Source: Calditrichia bacterium
GTDB lineage: Bacteria; Calditrichota; Calditrichia; JAJRVZ01
Direction of reading: 5' to 3'
Assembly (NCBI GenBank): GCA_963796965.1
Contig: CAWCNS010000006.1
Location: forward strand, 416,001-480,000
Length of the DNA: 64,000 nt
Shown here: positions 40,560 through 51,985 of the stretch, piece by piece
Layout of the letters: each line of letters begins with the position of its first letter
Numbering within the stretch: position 1 is the first letter of the stretch
The notes under the pieces: model-generated
Told to the model about the DNA's origin: nothing
The model's input: the letters and a program-made list of their open reading frames with translations, nothing else
Databases searched by the model: none
Program-made: the position numbers and the translations under genes

Positions 40560-41492
40560 ATGGATAAATTATTCAAAGTAGGTCATTTTACAGATAAGAA
40601 AAACATTACGGGATGTACTGTTATATTGTGCCCTCCCGAAACGGTTGCGTCAGTTCACATTTGTGGATCAGCGCCGGGCTCCCGGGAAACAGCGTTATTG
40701 TCTCCTGAAAAAAAAACAAATGAAATTCATGCCCTTCTGTTAACCGGGGGTAGCGCATTTGGTCTTGGTGCAGCGCAGGGAATTATGAATTATCTGGAGG
40801 AAAGAAATATAGGATATCAAACCGGATTTGGCGTAGTGCCCCTAGTTCCAGCTGCGGTAATTTATGATTTGAATATAGGAAATCCGAAAGCACGACCGGA
40901 GATTGACAATGCTTATCAGGCTTGTATAGATGCAAAAAATGATTTTCAAGAAGAGGGATCCGTGGGGGCCGGGACCGGCGCTACAGTAGGTAAGTGGGCC
41001 GGGATTTCAGCAGGCATGAAGGGTGGACTAGGTCTTGCAACCTCCGAACTACAGGGGGCTTGGGTCACAGCACTTGCTGTTGTAAATGCTGTTGGGGACA
41101 TTTTGAAGGAAAATGGGGAAATAATAGCCGGTGCTCTCGATAATGATGGAAAGTTTGTGGCAGAAAAACATAAAAATAGCCGCTGGAACAAACCAGAAAT
41201 AGGTTTTTCGGAGAATACCGTTATATGTGCGTTGTTAACGAATGTCGTAATGACAAAGCTAGAGTGTAATATCCTTGCTCGTAGGGCGCAAAGTGGATTA
41301 GCAAGGGCTGTAATCCCGGCTTCAACCAGTTATGATGGTGATGCCATTTTTACTCTGTCCACATGTACTACAAAATCAGAACTTGAAGTTATTTATGAAA
41401 TGGCTACAGAAACCCTGCGTCGTTCAATTGTGTCTGCTGTAGAAAAGGCGGAAAGTTTGGGAGGATATCTGGCGGTAAAAGATATAATATAA
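40560..41492 (+). CDS. P1/S58 (DmpA-like) peptidase
   Basis: TGCTVI, APGSRET, LTGGSAFGL, GSVGAGTGA, DGDAIF. Confidence 0.88.
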   Translation: MDKLFKVGHFTDKKNITGCTVILCPPETVASVHICGSAPGSRETALLSPEKKTNEIHALLLTGGSAFGLGAAQGIMNYLEERNIGYQTGFGVVPLVPAAVIYDLNIGNPKARPEIDNAYQACIDAKNDFQEEGSVGAGTGATVGKWAGISAGMKGGLGLATSELQGAWVTALAVVNAVGDILKENGEIIAGALDNDGKFVAEKHKNSRWNKPEIGFSENTVICALLTNVVMTKLECNILARRAQSGLARAVIPASTSYDGDAIFTLSTCTTKSELEVIYEMATETLRRSIVSAVEKAESLGGYLAVKDII

Positions 41493-41500
41493 AGGTCTTC

Positions 41501-42082
41501 ATGCAATCATTTTTAGCTGTTTTTTATAGTATTAATCTTCAGATATTCTTTATTTCTGCTTTATTATTTTTTATCGGATATGCTTTAGCTCCAACGGTGT
41601 ATTATAAAAAGATCAAATGGCTTACCGCATATCCTTTTTATATCATTAAGTTAATGGATACTTTCTTTAAACGGAAACATCATCCCATTAAGATCTTTAT
41701 CATAATATTTACTTTAAATACAGTCTCTCTGTTGATAAATCTACTTTCGGCCTGGGCGGTTATTTTACCATTCTTGCTTGTAATATATTTAGGGGTAAAT
41801 ATAGGGGTAGTAATGTACCATAGTTTAGAAGGGAGATTTTACTATCTCGGTTTGCTAAATCCGGTCGCAATGCTTGAACTTCCGGCAGCATGGCTTAGTA
41901 TCGCCATGTCCATTCAGTTTAGTCTGACACACTTTTTTAATAACTCAGAGTTAGCCGTATTAGAGTTTTCAACCTATCTGCTTCACTTCCTCTATACAAT
42001 AATTCCAATATTATTTTTAGCCGGGATTATTGAAACAATATTAATATCAAAAACAAAAAAAAATCAGGATCTGGGTGATTAA
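41501..42082 (+). CDS. SpoIIM/DUF95-like membrane protein
   Basis: Multi-TM; LNPVAMLELPA and LAGIIET motifs. Confidence 0.6.
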   Translation: MQSFLAVFYSINLQIFFISALLFFIGYALAPTVYYKKIKWLTAYPFYIIKLMDTFFKRKHHPIKIFIIIFTLNTVSLLINLLSAWAVILPFLLVIYLGVNIGVVMYHSLEGRFYYLGLLNPVAMLELPAAWLSIAMSIQFSLTHFFNNSELAVLEFSTYLLHFLYTIIPILFLAGIIETILISKTKKNQDLGD

Positions 42083-43587
42083 CTAGAACGCAAGAGCAAT
42101 ATGATTTCCTTTAGTGTTAGTTTTTTACCATACATTAATATTCCCATTCTAAATATTTTTGCGGCAAAAAATACCATACCCACAATCGAAACCACTAAAA
42201 TAATACTGGTAACGTATATATCTCTTGCGATAGGGATACCATATTGTGCAATTTTTAGTATCATAAAATAGGGTGTAAGAAGGGGAATATAGCTAAGAAT
42301 GGTAATAACAGAAGACTCTGGTTCACGAAGAAAAAGAAATACAAGCAATACGGGTATAATGGCAATTGTTCGTAAAATAATATTGACCTGCTGAGCCTCC
42401 TGCTCCGAAGAGAAAATCGCGCCAATAGCGACAAAGATTGCAGCATATAGCAAATAACCCAAAGAGAAATAATGTAAAAAGAAGAATGCATTCTCCAGGT
42501 TAAGATAAGCAATTTGTCCAGCTTGAAATAAATTGAAAAACACAAAAATAGCTGTAATAACCAGCCAGATTAACACTTGCATAAGTCCTAATAATCCTAA
42601 ACCAAAAATCTTACCAGCCATGATTTGAAGACTACTGGCATAGCTTAATAGAATTTCGATGACACGATTTGTTTTCTCCGATAAAACACTACTGAATAAA
42701 AATCCACCCGAAGTAAATATGGCCATAAATAAAAGGACAACCCCAATAACCGCCCCATAAAACTCAACATAAAAATCCCATTCAGCCGGTCCCTGAGAGC
42801 GAAGTTGATATTTTCTTAAACGTAGAGGTTTTAACCATTGAGATATCTGTTTATGCTCAAAGTCTGCCTCTCTCAGACGGGATTGTATGACAACCTCATT
42901 TATTATCTTCTGTATGCGTTCAGAATCAATTAACTCACCCGGATTTAGTGAATGATATTCAAAAAATCCAAGTCTGTCCACATTTTGCGGAATTACAAGA
43001 TAAGCATTGAGAATTTTTTTAAATAATAATGAGTCTGCCGCCAGGCGGGCTTGGGTGTTGAAAACAGAATCTAACTTTACTTTATAGTATTGGTAATCAA
43101 GTTCAGTCAATTCTTTTATTTCACGGGTTCTGATCAAGTCTTCATATGATTTCTGAAGAACATATTGTTTGTTCTGGATAGTTCGGCTCTGATAATAGCG
43201 TTCTCGTCGACTTTTTAGATCAGCATATGTGGCTGTTAAGGAATCAAGTTGGTTTGAAACTTCCTGAAATTCATCGAATGCTATCTTATAGGCAGGAGAA
43301 TTATCAACAGATACCGGTAAAACGATGTATTCAGGAGATCCGGTTTCAAGTTGGTAATATTTATTTAAGTGGTTTTGTAGTTTGTCAATAAAATCGTCCT
43401 TATCAAGATTGACAATGCCGATTAACTTTGTTGAAACGGATTCTTCATAGGTTATCAGATAGACAGGAAATGTTATTAGTAGTGAAAAAAATACGGGAAG
43501 AATAAACGTAGAAAACAAAAAGGATCGCGTCTTAAACCGTGTGAGAAATTCCCATCTGGCAATGTAAAAGATAGTTTTCATAGACAT
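42079..43587 (-). CDS. ABC-2 (NatB-like) permease
   Basis: SVLSEKTNRVIEILLS, MAGKIFG, FRMGILMYGK. Confidence 0.88.
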   Translation of the reverse strand: MSMKTIFYIARWEFLTRFKTRSFLFSTFILPVFFSLLITFPVYLITYEESVSTKLIGIVNLDKDDFIDKLQNHLNKYYQLETGSPEYIVLPVSVDNSPAYKIAFDEFQEVSNQLDSLTATYADLKSRRERYYQSRTIQNKQYVLQKSYEDLIRTREIKELTELDYQYYKVKLDSVFNTQARLAADSLLFKKILNAYLVIPQNVDRLGFFEYHSLNPGELIDSERIQKIINEVVIQSRLREADFEHKQISQWLKPLRLRKYQLRSQGPAEWDFYVEFYGAVIGVVLLFMAIFTSGGFLFSSVLSEKTNRVIEILLSYASSLQIMAGKIFGLGLLGLMQVLIWLVITAIFVFFNLFQAGQIAYLNLENAFFFLHYFSLGYLLYAAIFVAIGAIFSSEQEAQQVNIILRTIAIIPVLLVFLFLREPESSVITILSYIPLLTPYFMILKIAQYGIPIARDIYVTSIILVVSIVGMVFFAAKIFRMGILMYGKKLTLKEIILLLRSS

Positions 43588-43588
43588 G

Positions 43589-44494
43589 CTATTTCTTTAG
43601 AGTACCGTTTTGAATTAACTTTATAAAGATATCATTCAGAGAAGGTTCTACCTGAATAAATTTAGTTATTGATACGACATCAAAAAGAGCCTGAACAATT
43701 TTTTTTCTACTATTAGCATTACCCTCAATGGCGATCTTACAACTCTGATTATGTTCTTCTAATATCTTGATATCCTTTATCTCTTTCAGTGAATCCAATT
43801 TATCATCAGTCTCAATATAGAAGGCGTTCTCTTTAAATCTGGATTTTATATTTGCCAAAGAATCATCTAGTATCATCTTTCCCTGGTTAAGCAAATAGAC
43901 ATGATCTGCAATTTTTTCAACTTCCGCCATTTGATGGGTCGATAAAATAATAATCTTATTTTCTTTTTTACTTTGAGCAATTATTTCATGTAAAACCATC
44001 TGATTGACAGGATCTAATCCGGCAAACGGTTCATCGAGAATTATTATGTCAGGGTTGTGAAGGAGGGCGATTATAAATTGTATTTTCTGTTGCATTCCTT
44101 TTGAGAGTTCGTGTATTGTCTTTTGGGTATAATCAATTAGTCCCAGTTTGTCCAGATATCGAATAGCTTCAACCTCAGCACGATGTCTGGACATGCGGTT
44201 TAAAATGCCAATATAGACAAGTAAATCAAGTACCCTGGAACGTTGATACAACCCCCGCTCTTCAGGTAGGTATCCAAAGAGATTTCGCTTTAGTTTTTCT
44301 CGTGGCTCTCCACGGTATAATATTTCACCCTGGTCCGGCTTAATTATTTGCATTAATAATCGAAGTGTTGTTGTCTTTCCTGCACCATTTGGCCCAAGAA
44401 GTGCAAAAACTTCACCTGGATTAACTTTAAAGGATATCCCCTCAAGAGCCAGGGTAGAATCAAAGGATTTTGTTAAGTCATTTACTTCAAGCAT
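43589..44494 (-). CDS. ABC ATPase (NatA-like)
   Basis: GPNGAGKTT, YLPEERGLY, LSKGMQQK, LDEPF, EPSLNDIF. Confidence 0.92.
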   Translation of the reverse strand: MLEVNDLTKSFDSTLALEGISFKVNPGEVFALLGPNGAGKTTTLRLLMQIIKPDQGEILYRGEPREKLKRNLFGYLPEERGLYQRSRVLDLLVYIGILNRMSRHRAEVEAIRYLDKLGLIDYTQKTIHELSKGMQQKIQFIIALLHNPDIIILDEPFAGLDPVNQMVLHEIIAQSKKENKIIILSTHQMAEVEKIADHVYLLNQGKMILDDSLANIKSRFKENAFYIETDDKLDSLKEIKDIKILEEHNQSCKIAIEGNANSRKKIVQALFDVVSITKFIQVEPSLNDIFIKLIQNGTLKK

Positions 44495-44796
44495 TTTATT
44501 CGCTTATGTTTTAGAATCTGAGAAAAATGACAGATATTCCGAGAATAAGTTTAAAACCAAATTGAATTTAAATAAAATAGTATTGAAAACAGGAAATTAA
44601 GTAACATAAAATCAATGGTTTAATCCCCTAGCAAAAGAGAATCTTCCCTTGAGATAGGAAGAGCCTCCTTTTTAAGGGAAACCATATTGTTGTTCTTTGA
44701 TAAATCCAAAAGCTATGAATTAACAAGGTTTTTTTAATAATGTCAAAATATAATTTAGCTTAATGCAGCAAATTGTAGTGATTAATTTAAAGAATT

Positions 44797-45417
44797 TCAA
44801 TCTTCATCAATAATCTTTATTCCACGCCCCAGGAAGGCGGCAAGATCATCTTTAAAAAATTCAAACTTTGATATTGGAATTTGAAGGCAATAGGATATAG
44901 TATCGGTATATTCGGTTTTTCCAATTATACCCATATATTTTTTTACAGAGTCAAGTAATTTACTCAAGGTATCATATCCGGTTTCAACAGTGATTGTCCT
45001 GTATCTCACTTTTATTTCAACTTTAGTCGTGGCCAATGCCTGCTGGGCACAAACGGAATAGGCACGGCTAAGGCCACCTGTCCCAAGTTTAGTTCCACCA
45101 AAATACCGGGTTACAATAATGATCGTTTGAACAAGATCTTTGTTTTCGAGAACCTGATATATGGGTATTCCTGCGGTGCCGTTTGGTTCACCATCATCAG
45201 AATAACGGAATTCATTATGTGATATTCTGTAGGCATAGCAATTATGGGTTGCATCATGATGTTTTCTACAGATGTTTGAATAGACGGACTCTGCCTGGGT
45301 ACGATTTAAAACATGGAAAATGTGACCCAAGAACTTAGATCCCTTCACCTTTGTTTCAATCGTTATGGGATGATTCGCTACTGTGAGATATTCATCCTCA
45401 TGAGAAACTTTCATCAA
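44797..45417 (-). CDS. yigZ: YigZ/IMPACT family protein
   Basis: KGSKF, ATHNCYAY, SDDGEP.GTAG, VTRYFGGTKLGTGGL. Confidence 0.9.
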   Translation of the reverse strand: MMKVSHEDEYLTVANHPITIETKVKGSKFLGHIFHVLNRTQAESVYSNICRKHHDATHNCYAYRISHNEFRYSDDGEPNGTAGIPIYQVLENKDLVQTIIIVTRYFGGTKLGTGGLSRAYSVCAQQALATTKVEIKVRYRTITVETGYDTLSKLLDSVKKYMGIIGKTEYTDTISYCLQIPISKFEFFKDDLAAFLGRGIKIIDED

Positions 45418-45548
45418 ACCTCAATTTTTTTATATGAAGCAAAGAGCAAAGAGCATAGCGTTAAATTACAAATTGCTAAGTGCCATGCACTATGCGATAT
45501 GTTTGCAGAATATAAAAATCACTTTATTTTATATTCGTCAGAAAGAAG

Positions 45549-47042
45549 CTAATTTTGAATAAATTTGGTAGAAATATATTGTACGAACTTCGGGGTGTTG
45601 TTTAAGGGAATTAAAACAGGCGCAATGACACGTTGTGGAAAGTGGGTTTTCATTACAACCATGTCAGATTTTAGAGGTTCCAGGCTATCGAATACAGCCA
45701 TATCGATGGAAATATTATAATTACTGGTCAGGTTTAGTAAATATTCATCGAGCCGGGCACCTAATTTGAATGTTCCTTCCATTGTGGCACTTGTGTCTGA
45801 TAGTGATCCAAAATCTTTTAATACATTCTGAAAAACGAGATAATCAGTCCACATACGCGATTGAGATTGTACAAAAACAGATTTTTCTAGATCTGCTTTA
45901 CGCGCCAGGGAAACAAGAACCTGATCATCTAAAAGCATCTTTGTGGCCGCTATCATGCTAGAGCGAAACTTTCCCGGAGAAGTGAAAATTAATGGGTAAG
46001 GTGACACCTGAAGCCGATCCAATAATGTCCGGACCGTCCATGGTGTATCTCTGTCAAAATCAACAACAGGTGACTCGAGAAAAGGACCGAGTTGTTCCGT
46101 TGTTTCATCAAGAATATAATTCATTGTTCCGGGGTTTTCAGAATGATTATCAACAGTTTTAACGTTTATCAATTCTTCCAATCTTTGAACAAGTCTTTTA
46201 AAAGTTTGTTTGTTCAAATTGTAGGGAGGACTATTGAATTTACTTTTAATATAATTTTGGAAATATGTTTTTTGTTTCCGGTTTCGTATAATTTTCTCGA
46301 TTCGTTTATATTCCTTATTAAAATCATCAGCAGATGTAAAAATGTCTACATTGTCATCCAGATGTTTGATAATAAAAAAGTATTGCCCAATTTTTAGGGG
46401 ATTGCCTATTTCATTTATACCTAATTGAAAGACAAAGGATTCGAGCGTGTTCAAATCGCTGCCAAATGAAACAGAATCTTCAGGTATCAATCGTGGCTCG
46501 ATTCCATTTATTTGGGCAACATCAGAAAAACTCATACCATTTTTTAAATGCTGATAGGCACGTTCTGCCAATTGCTTATCAGGGAAGATCAAGTACTTAA
46601 AAAGTCGTGTTCGTTTTGATTTTAAATAGGCCTCATAAACTTCTTGCTCGGAGACTGTGATGTTGTTTTTTATCTCAACTTGCCAGAGATTTTCAATCAT
46701 GGCCTCTCTTTTAAACTGTTTACTCAAGGCTCTAATTTGAGATTTATCATCATAGTTCTTGTTGTAACCCTCCTGGGCAATCATTTTTACTGCAATCAAC
46801 GTTTGGAGGTGTATCAATTTGGCCTCTTCGGTATTCTGTATACGCGAAAGGTAGGGATTGTATTGATAGGTTAAATTAAATTCTTCCACATTAATGGCGA
46901 TATCACCCACGTGTGCGACAATATCGGTTTCTAGTTCCTTTGAGCAAGAAGATATACATGACAATAAGAGTAGAATAATTAATGAGAGAAGGATATACCT
47001 GAAGAGATGGAAGTGAGTATATATATTTGATAGAAGTATCAT
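45549..47042 (-). CDS. SurA/PpiC-like periplasmic chaperone, probable lipoprotein
   Basis: Lipobox-like SSC; VAHVGDIAI; VSEQEVYEAY; LKNGMSFSDVA. Confidence 0.6.
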   Translation of the reverse strand: MILLSNIYTHFHLFRYILLSLIILLLLSCISSCSKELETDIVAHVGDIAINVEEFNLTYQYNPYLSRIQNTEEAKLIHLQTLIAVKMIAQEGYNKNYDDKSQIRALSKQFKREAMIENLWQVEIKNNITVSEQEVYEAYLKSKRTRLFKYLIFPDKQLAERAYQHLKNGMSFSDVAQINGIEPRLIPEDSVSFGSDLNTLESFVFQLGINEIGNPLKIGQYFFIIKHLDDNVDIFTSADDFNKEYKRIEKIIRNRKQKTYFQNYIKSKFNSPPYNLNKQTFKRLVQRLEELINVKTVDNHSENPGTMNYILDETTEQLGPFLESPVVDFDRDTPWTVRTLLDRLQVSPYPLIFTSPGKFRSSMIAATKMLLDDQVLVSLARKADLEKSVFVQSQSRMWTDYLVFQNVLKDFGSLSDTSATMEGTFKLGARLDEYLLNLTSNYNISIDMAVFDSLEPLKSDMVVMKTHFPQRVIAPVLIPLNNTPKFVQYISTKFIQN

Positions 47043-47183
47043 TGAAGATTATCTACAATTAAAATCTGGAGAGAAATAACCGAATTAATAAATTGTAAAG
47101 ATTTTAAAAAAAGAGACGTCATATCGGAAAATGAAGACGTCCCGCCGGTTGAAAAGCCCGTTTTACGGGGGACGTCTCTACAA

Positions 47184-48227
47184 TTAAAACCGCAGAAATA
47201 GAGTAAACCGTTGGGCATTATCAAAACGGCCAAAATCAGCATAAGCATAATCTGCTTTTAACACCACTGTACCACCAAGCCGAATGTTAGCCCCAACGCC
47301 AGCAGTCAAACCCTCTTCAGTATCAGCCAGAAAAAGAGATTTATAACCACCACGGATAAAAATTAAATTGCCCCAGCCATATTCAAATCCTGTATTCACA
47401 GATTCAAAATTGTCATTTGGATGAAGGGCATCTATGGCCAGGGTTAAGCGGTTGTTTTCAGTCGCAATAACATCTTTAGCCAGCCCAACCTGGAAAAGCA
47501 GGGGAAGGGGGTATGATTTCATCTCGTAATCTGCGTTGACAACATTAACATTTCCAATATTATTCGGATCGGGATCATAGGCGAATTTTATATCCCTGCC
47601 TTCAAGTTTCATTGAGGTTCCAAAATTTGATATGGCCCCACCCAATCGTATGCCCCAAAAAGGTGTTACAAAAAGAACACCAGCATCAAGAGCAATAGAC
47701 GAGGCACTCATATGCCAAATACGTTCCATTATGTATTTAACATTAAAACCGATAGAGAAATTGTCCGTCAGACTTCGTGCATAGGAGAGACCAGCGGTTA
47801 AACTACTAACATCAAAATTTTCCCCGGTTCCATCAGGGGCATACGTTGTACGGACGGGCATCTCGCCCGAAGAGAAAGTAGCGAGCATCACGCCAATGGT
47901 TCCACTTTGACCCAGATCCATGGCAAATGCGCCATAGTCAAGTTTTGTATCCACAAGCCAGTTGGTATGGGTAAACATAACTTCATACGCATTAATTTCG
48001 GCCAGACCGGCTGGATTCGTATACATGGTGCTGACATCATTGGCAACGGCGACAAAGGCACCTCCCATACCAATTGTGCGGGCGCTGATCCCCAATTTTA
48101 GAAACTGTGCGACAGAGGTTCCTACCTTTGATATGGTCGCGGATGAGAGATCGTCATCCTGGGAATAGAGATTTGAGTTGATTAGCAGAATACCCAAAAG
48201 AAGACAGGTGTATAATCTGAATTTCAT
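47184..48227 (-). CDS. PorV/PorQ-family (UPF0164) outer-membrane barrel
   Basis: AQFLKLGISARTIGMGGAF...NPAGL; DYAYADFG; terminal Phe. Confidence 0.85.
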   Translation of the reverse strand: MKFRLYTCLLLGILLINSNLYSQDDDLSSATISKVGTSVAQFLKLGISARTIGMGGAFVAVANDVSTMYTNPAGLAEINAYEVMFTHTNWLVDTKLDYGAFAMDLGQSGTIGVMLATFSSGEMPVRTTYAPDGTGENFDVSSLTAGLSYARSLTDNFSIGFNVKYIMERIWHMSASSIALDAGVLFVTPFWGIRLGGAISNFGTSMKLEGRDIKFAYDPDPNNIGNVNVVNADYEMKSYPLPLLFQVGLAKDVIATENNRLTLAIDALHPNDNFESVNTGFEYGWGNLIFIRGGYKSLFLADTEEGLTAGVGANIRLGGTVVLKADYAYADFGRFDNAQRFTLFLRF

Positions 48228-48279
48228 GTATTTAACCTCCGGAACAACAAAAATTTTAAATGTTTGGTTGTGATCAATT

Positions 48280-51200
48280 CTATCTTATAACAGCAAATTT
48301 ACCTGTTGTTTCACCTATTCCAGGTGCATCAACATGGAAGAAGTACAAGCCATAGGCGACTTCCATATTGTCTCTTGTTAGTAAATCCCAGAATTCCTTA
48401 CCATCATCAATAGCACTGTCATGCTCAATCGTCTGTACCAATTCGCCAGCCAGGGTAAAAACCCTGATCGTACATTTTTGTGGCAAGTGATCGAAATAGA
48501 CACGTCTGTATCCTCTGGAGGATCGATCCAGTGGATTCATAGGCTCTATCACATTGGTGGCCACATAAGGATTGGGCACAACACATATATCACCAAGTTG
48601 GGATTTGGCATTTTCCTGACTGATAAAAGCACCCTCTGTCTGGAAGGAAAAAACATCACCGGGGGCGAAGGGCTTGTCTGTGGCCAGATAATAGCGATCG
48701 TTATCTGTTGGTGGTATATAACCTCCGGATTTTGGTTTATCAAACCAGATTTCCCATACAATATTAGCTGGTGTGATGCCTCCCCGTAATATAAATATGA
48801 CATCTCCGGGGTCCCAGGTGCCATTTATGGTTTTTTCTGTAATAGCAAATTTCATTTTTTCATTATTAATGACATCTAAAATGGTAAAGGGAACCAGGAC
48901 ATTATTTACAGCTGTATCGATAATTGACGAAGAAAAAGTGAACTCATAATCATAGGGATCATATACTCTTGGATCTAGTAAATCTGCTTTAAGTGTTGTT
49001 GTACTGGAAACACTCCAGTCACTTAAATCTTCATTTACACCAAAAGTCGATTGCTTAATGACGAGCTTTTAAACCATCAAACGGTGTGTTTGTTAATTCT
49101 GAATCAATTTTTGTGCTATTCCAGACGGGGTAATAGTTATATTGCGTCTGATATTCTGTAGCATCCTCCATGGTTGCCCCTGGATGGGTCTGGGGATTAA
49201 GCACTTTTATCGCCCCACCAATGGCATCAAGCTCGTAATCTCTTCCTGCCATATAGGTTATTTGACCATCGAGAGATTTAATGCTCGTTGTGGAATCATT
49301 AAGATGTTTATATAATAAGGGGACAAAATTATCGTAGAATGAGATAAATGTTTGCTCTATCGGATCTGTATCCTCAACATTATAGACCGTTTTTGTATTA
49401 ATTTTATCAAACTCGATCAGATATTTATTCTCATTTTTTACGGCAACTTCGTCGATGATATCAACCGAAATTATACCGGTAGAAAATCCTTCTTCCCTTA
49501 CGATTCCATTATTTACATCCTTGTTTACAATATTTGATGGTGTATAACCGGCGGCTTTTCTGCGGGGAATAACCTGGGCTGTATTTACATCAAAGGTGAA
49601 TTCATCTGTAGTGGCATTAAATGTAATAATTTTTGAACATTCAGTAGGAGGAATTCCCAGAGAATCACTACCATGATCATAAGATACCACAGCATAATAA
49701 TAAGTCTGTCCGTTGATTACATTATTTGAATCCACATAGACATTGCGAATTCCTAAATTCTCACCGAGATAATAAGATACGCCACGACCAGTATAGGGTA
49801 TAGTACTAATACCGGAATAGTCATTCTCAAGATCAAATTTGGCCGAAACACCATTAATGGATTTTAGTGGTTCAAATAAGAATTTATTACCATAAATATC
49901 GGTAATATTTTGCTGATCAAGAAAATCATAACCGACACTTCTATAGATAACATATCCTTCAAAGTCATTTTCTTTGGTAATAGGATCAATGGAGGCCTCG
50001 GCAATATTATCCCAGTATAGCATGACCTGGCGATCACCAGGAACAGCGGTTAAATTAGGTTTGGCTGGCGGTTTAGCGAATTGATAACCAGAATTGTATA
50101 TTCGCTGTACAGTTTTGGCATTCAATTCAAGATCGTTTCTGTCTTCGCCAACAATTAGGGCGATAGAAAATCGCTTAATTGCTTCACTTATTTGTTCATA
50201 CGGAACATTGTTAACTGCTTTTAGAGGGAAAATGCCGGATGAATACATAAAGACATTATCTCCACCCTCAATATTTGTAGAATCCCAAGTATCAGGCTGC
50301 AGATATTCATTCCACATTAACTCATCGTTACTAATGCGTAATCCGCTGAATTGAGGCTGGCGAAAACTGGTCAATCCGATCATGTCAGATTCATCGATAT
50401 CGGTAAATTCATAGTTAGGCTCTCCGGGTTTTCTTATATCAAAGGGATCACCAGCTGTGGGAACGCCGTCCTTTTCTCCCTCATCACCGGTGTTGGGGAC
50501 ACCGTCGACACCAACATCATCATTTTCGGCTCTCCAATCATCATCATTATCCTCGCCATCGGTCCAGCTTTCATCGATCATTCCGTCATTATCATTATCA
50601 ATGTTGTCATTGGCAAGACCCGGGCTTTCCAGAAATTTATAACCCAGATATCCTGGAATAATATTAGGGTTATCAATGCTATAGTCATCATCGTCCCAGG
50701 CAAAAACCATTTCCAAGCTTTTATCAAAACTGGCCCAATCATCTGCATAATCTTTGGGACCACCGATGTGTGGATCACCCCACATACCAAAAATTACTTT
50801 TGTTAAGTTCTTATTGGATTTGTTTTGAATTTTGTAGATAAGAAAAATGGCATCTTCAGCTTCGACATTAGACCATTGATAGATCCGTGATTCAACTTCA
50901 AGTCCTAGACCCTTACGCAAGGTATCTTCTTCATAGGGATAATATTCAAACTCAACATTATCGCGGTCATCAAACACGAAGAAAGCCTCTTTATCCGCAT
51001 TGGTTGCCCCTTGCCCAAGGGCACCTGGCCAGACGTAGTCGCGTAAATTTTCATTATACCAACCCTCGGGCCAACTATCCGGTCTCCCATCCCCATCCCG
51101 GTCTTTATCATCACTGGTAGGAAGGTGATCCTGATCTATATTTGCATACTCTACTAGTCCATCATCGCTCAGGACCAAGGGCTGCCATCCCCAGCGGTAA

Positions 51201-51667
51201 TTACCATCAGGTGATACTTCACCGCCACCAGAAATCAATCCATCTGAGATTATATGAGCGATATAAGTGGTATCTCTTCCCTTAATAACCTGAATAATAT
51301 CCGGATGGGGATCAGTTGGCAGAACTTCTACTTCAGCGGCAACAAATGGTGCGAATTCATAACCGTAGCCTAGTCCTTCCCAGACAATATCATTTATTAC
51401 TTCTAAGGGTTTGGAAATAGATCCATAATTCCAGATAAGCGTCGTGATTTTATTACCGTTCATGATTGCATCCTGACGGACCGATCCATCCTGACTGGGT
51501 TTTAGAAATCTCTGCTCTGACCATTCCAGATATTGCTGGGATAGCGATGCTGACCAGTGTTTTTGATGGCCGAGCATAAATAAACTATCCAGATTTTCCT
51601 GTGCCAGGGCAGAACCAGAAAACAAAAGAACAATTAATAAAAACAAACTAATTATTTTGATACTCAT
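48280..51667 (-). CDS. Large secreted protein with Asp-rich repeats, FN3-like domain and C-terminal sorting domain; frameshift at about 49068
   Basis: ATG 51667 with AGGAG RBS and signal peptide; removing one base of the homopolymer at 49067-49070 gives DGLKLVIKQST...NNEKMKFAITEK joining ORF 48280..48855; ends VVPNPY...GLYFFHV...KFAVIR. Confidence 0.8.
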
Positions 51668-51808
51668 TTTTTTCTCCTGAATGCGACTTTGGCGCAACAT
51701 GTTTCTCTGTCTCACCTAACGGTGAGCAACGCTAAGAAAAATTTACGTTTTTAATATAGATTTACGTTCTTTATTTTCTATTAATCTACTTAACTGTTTA
51801 TCTGTTTT

Positions 51809-51908
51809 TTAACCATAAAGTTCACATAGAAGGTACTAAGATCACTAAGTTATTATTAAGATTTTTTCTTTGAGTACTTTGTGCCTTCTTAGTGTACTTA
51901 GTGGTTAA
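51809..51908. repeat. Imperfect palindromic dispersed repeat (ACCACTAAG family), copy 2
   Basis: Inverted relative to 9526..9625; a degenerate arm is also at about 55008..55046. Confidence 0.8.
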
Positions 51909-51985
51909 TCTTTTATCTTTATTCACATCTAAGCGACCTATTGCCGTCTGTAACCCGAAGAGCGGGGCTCTGGGATCTGTGTAAC

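Noticed and set aside
41501..42082. SpoIIM/DUF95 protein as evidence for a head-to-tail circular bacteriocin
   Set aside because: It is 14 kb from the peptide locus in a different operon, and the precursors have GG leaders suited to the PCAT.
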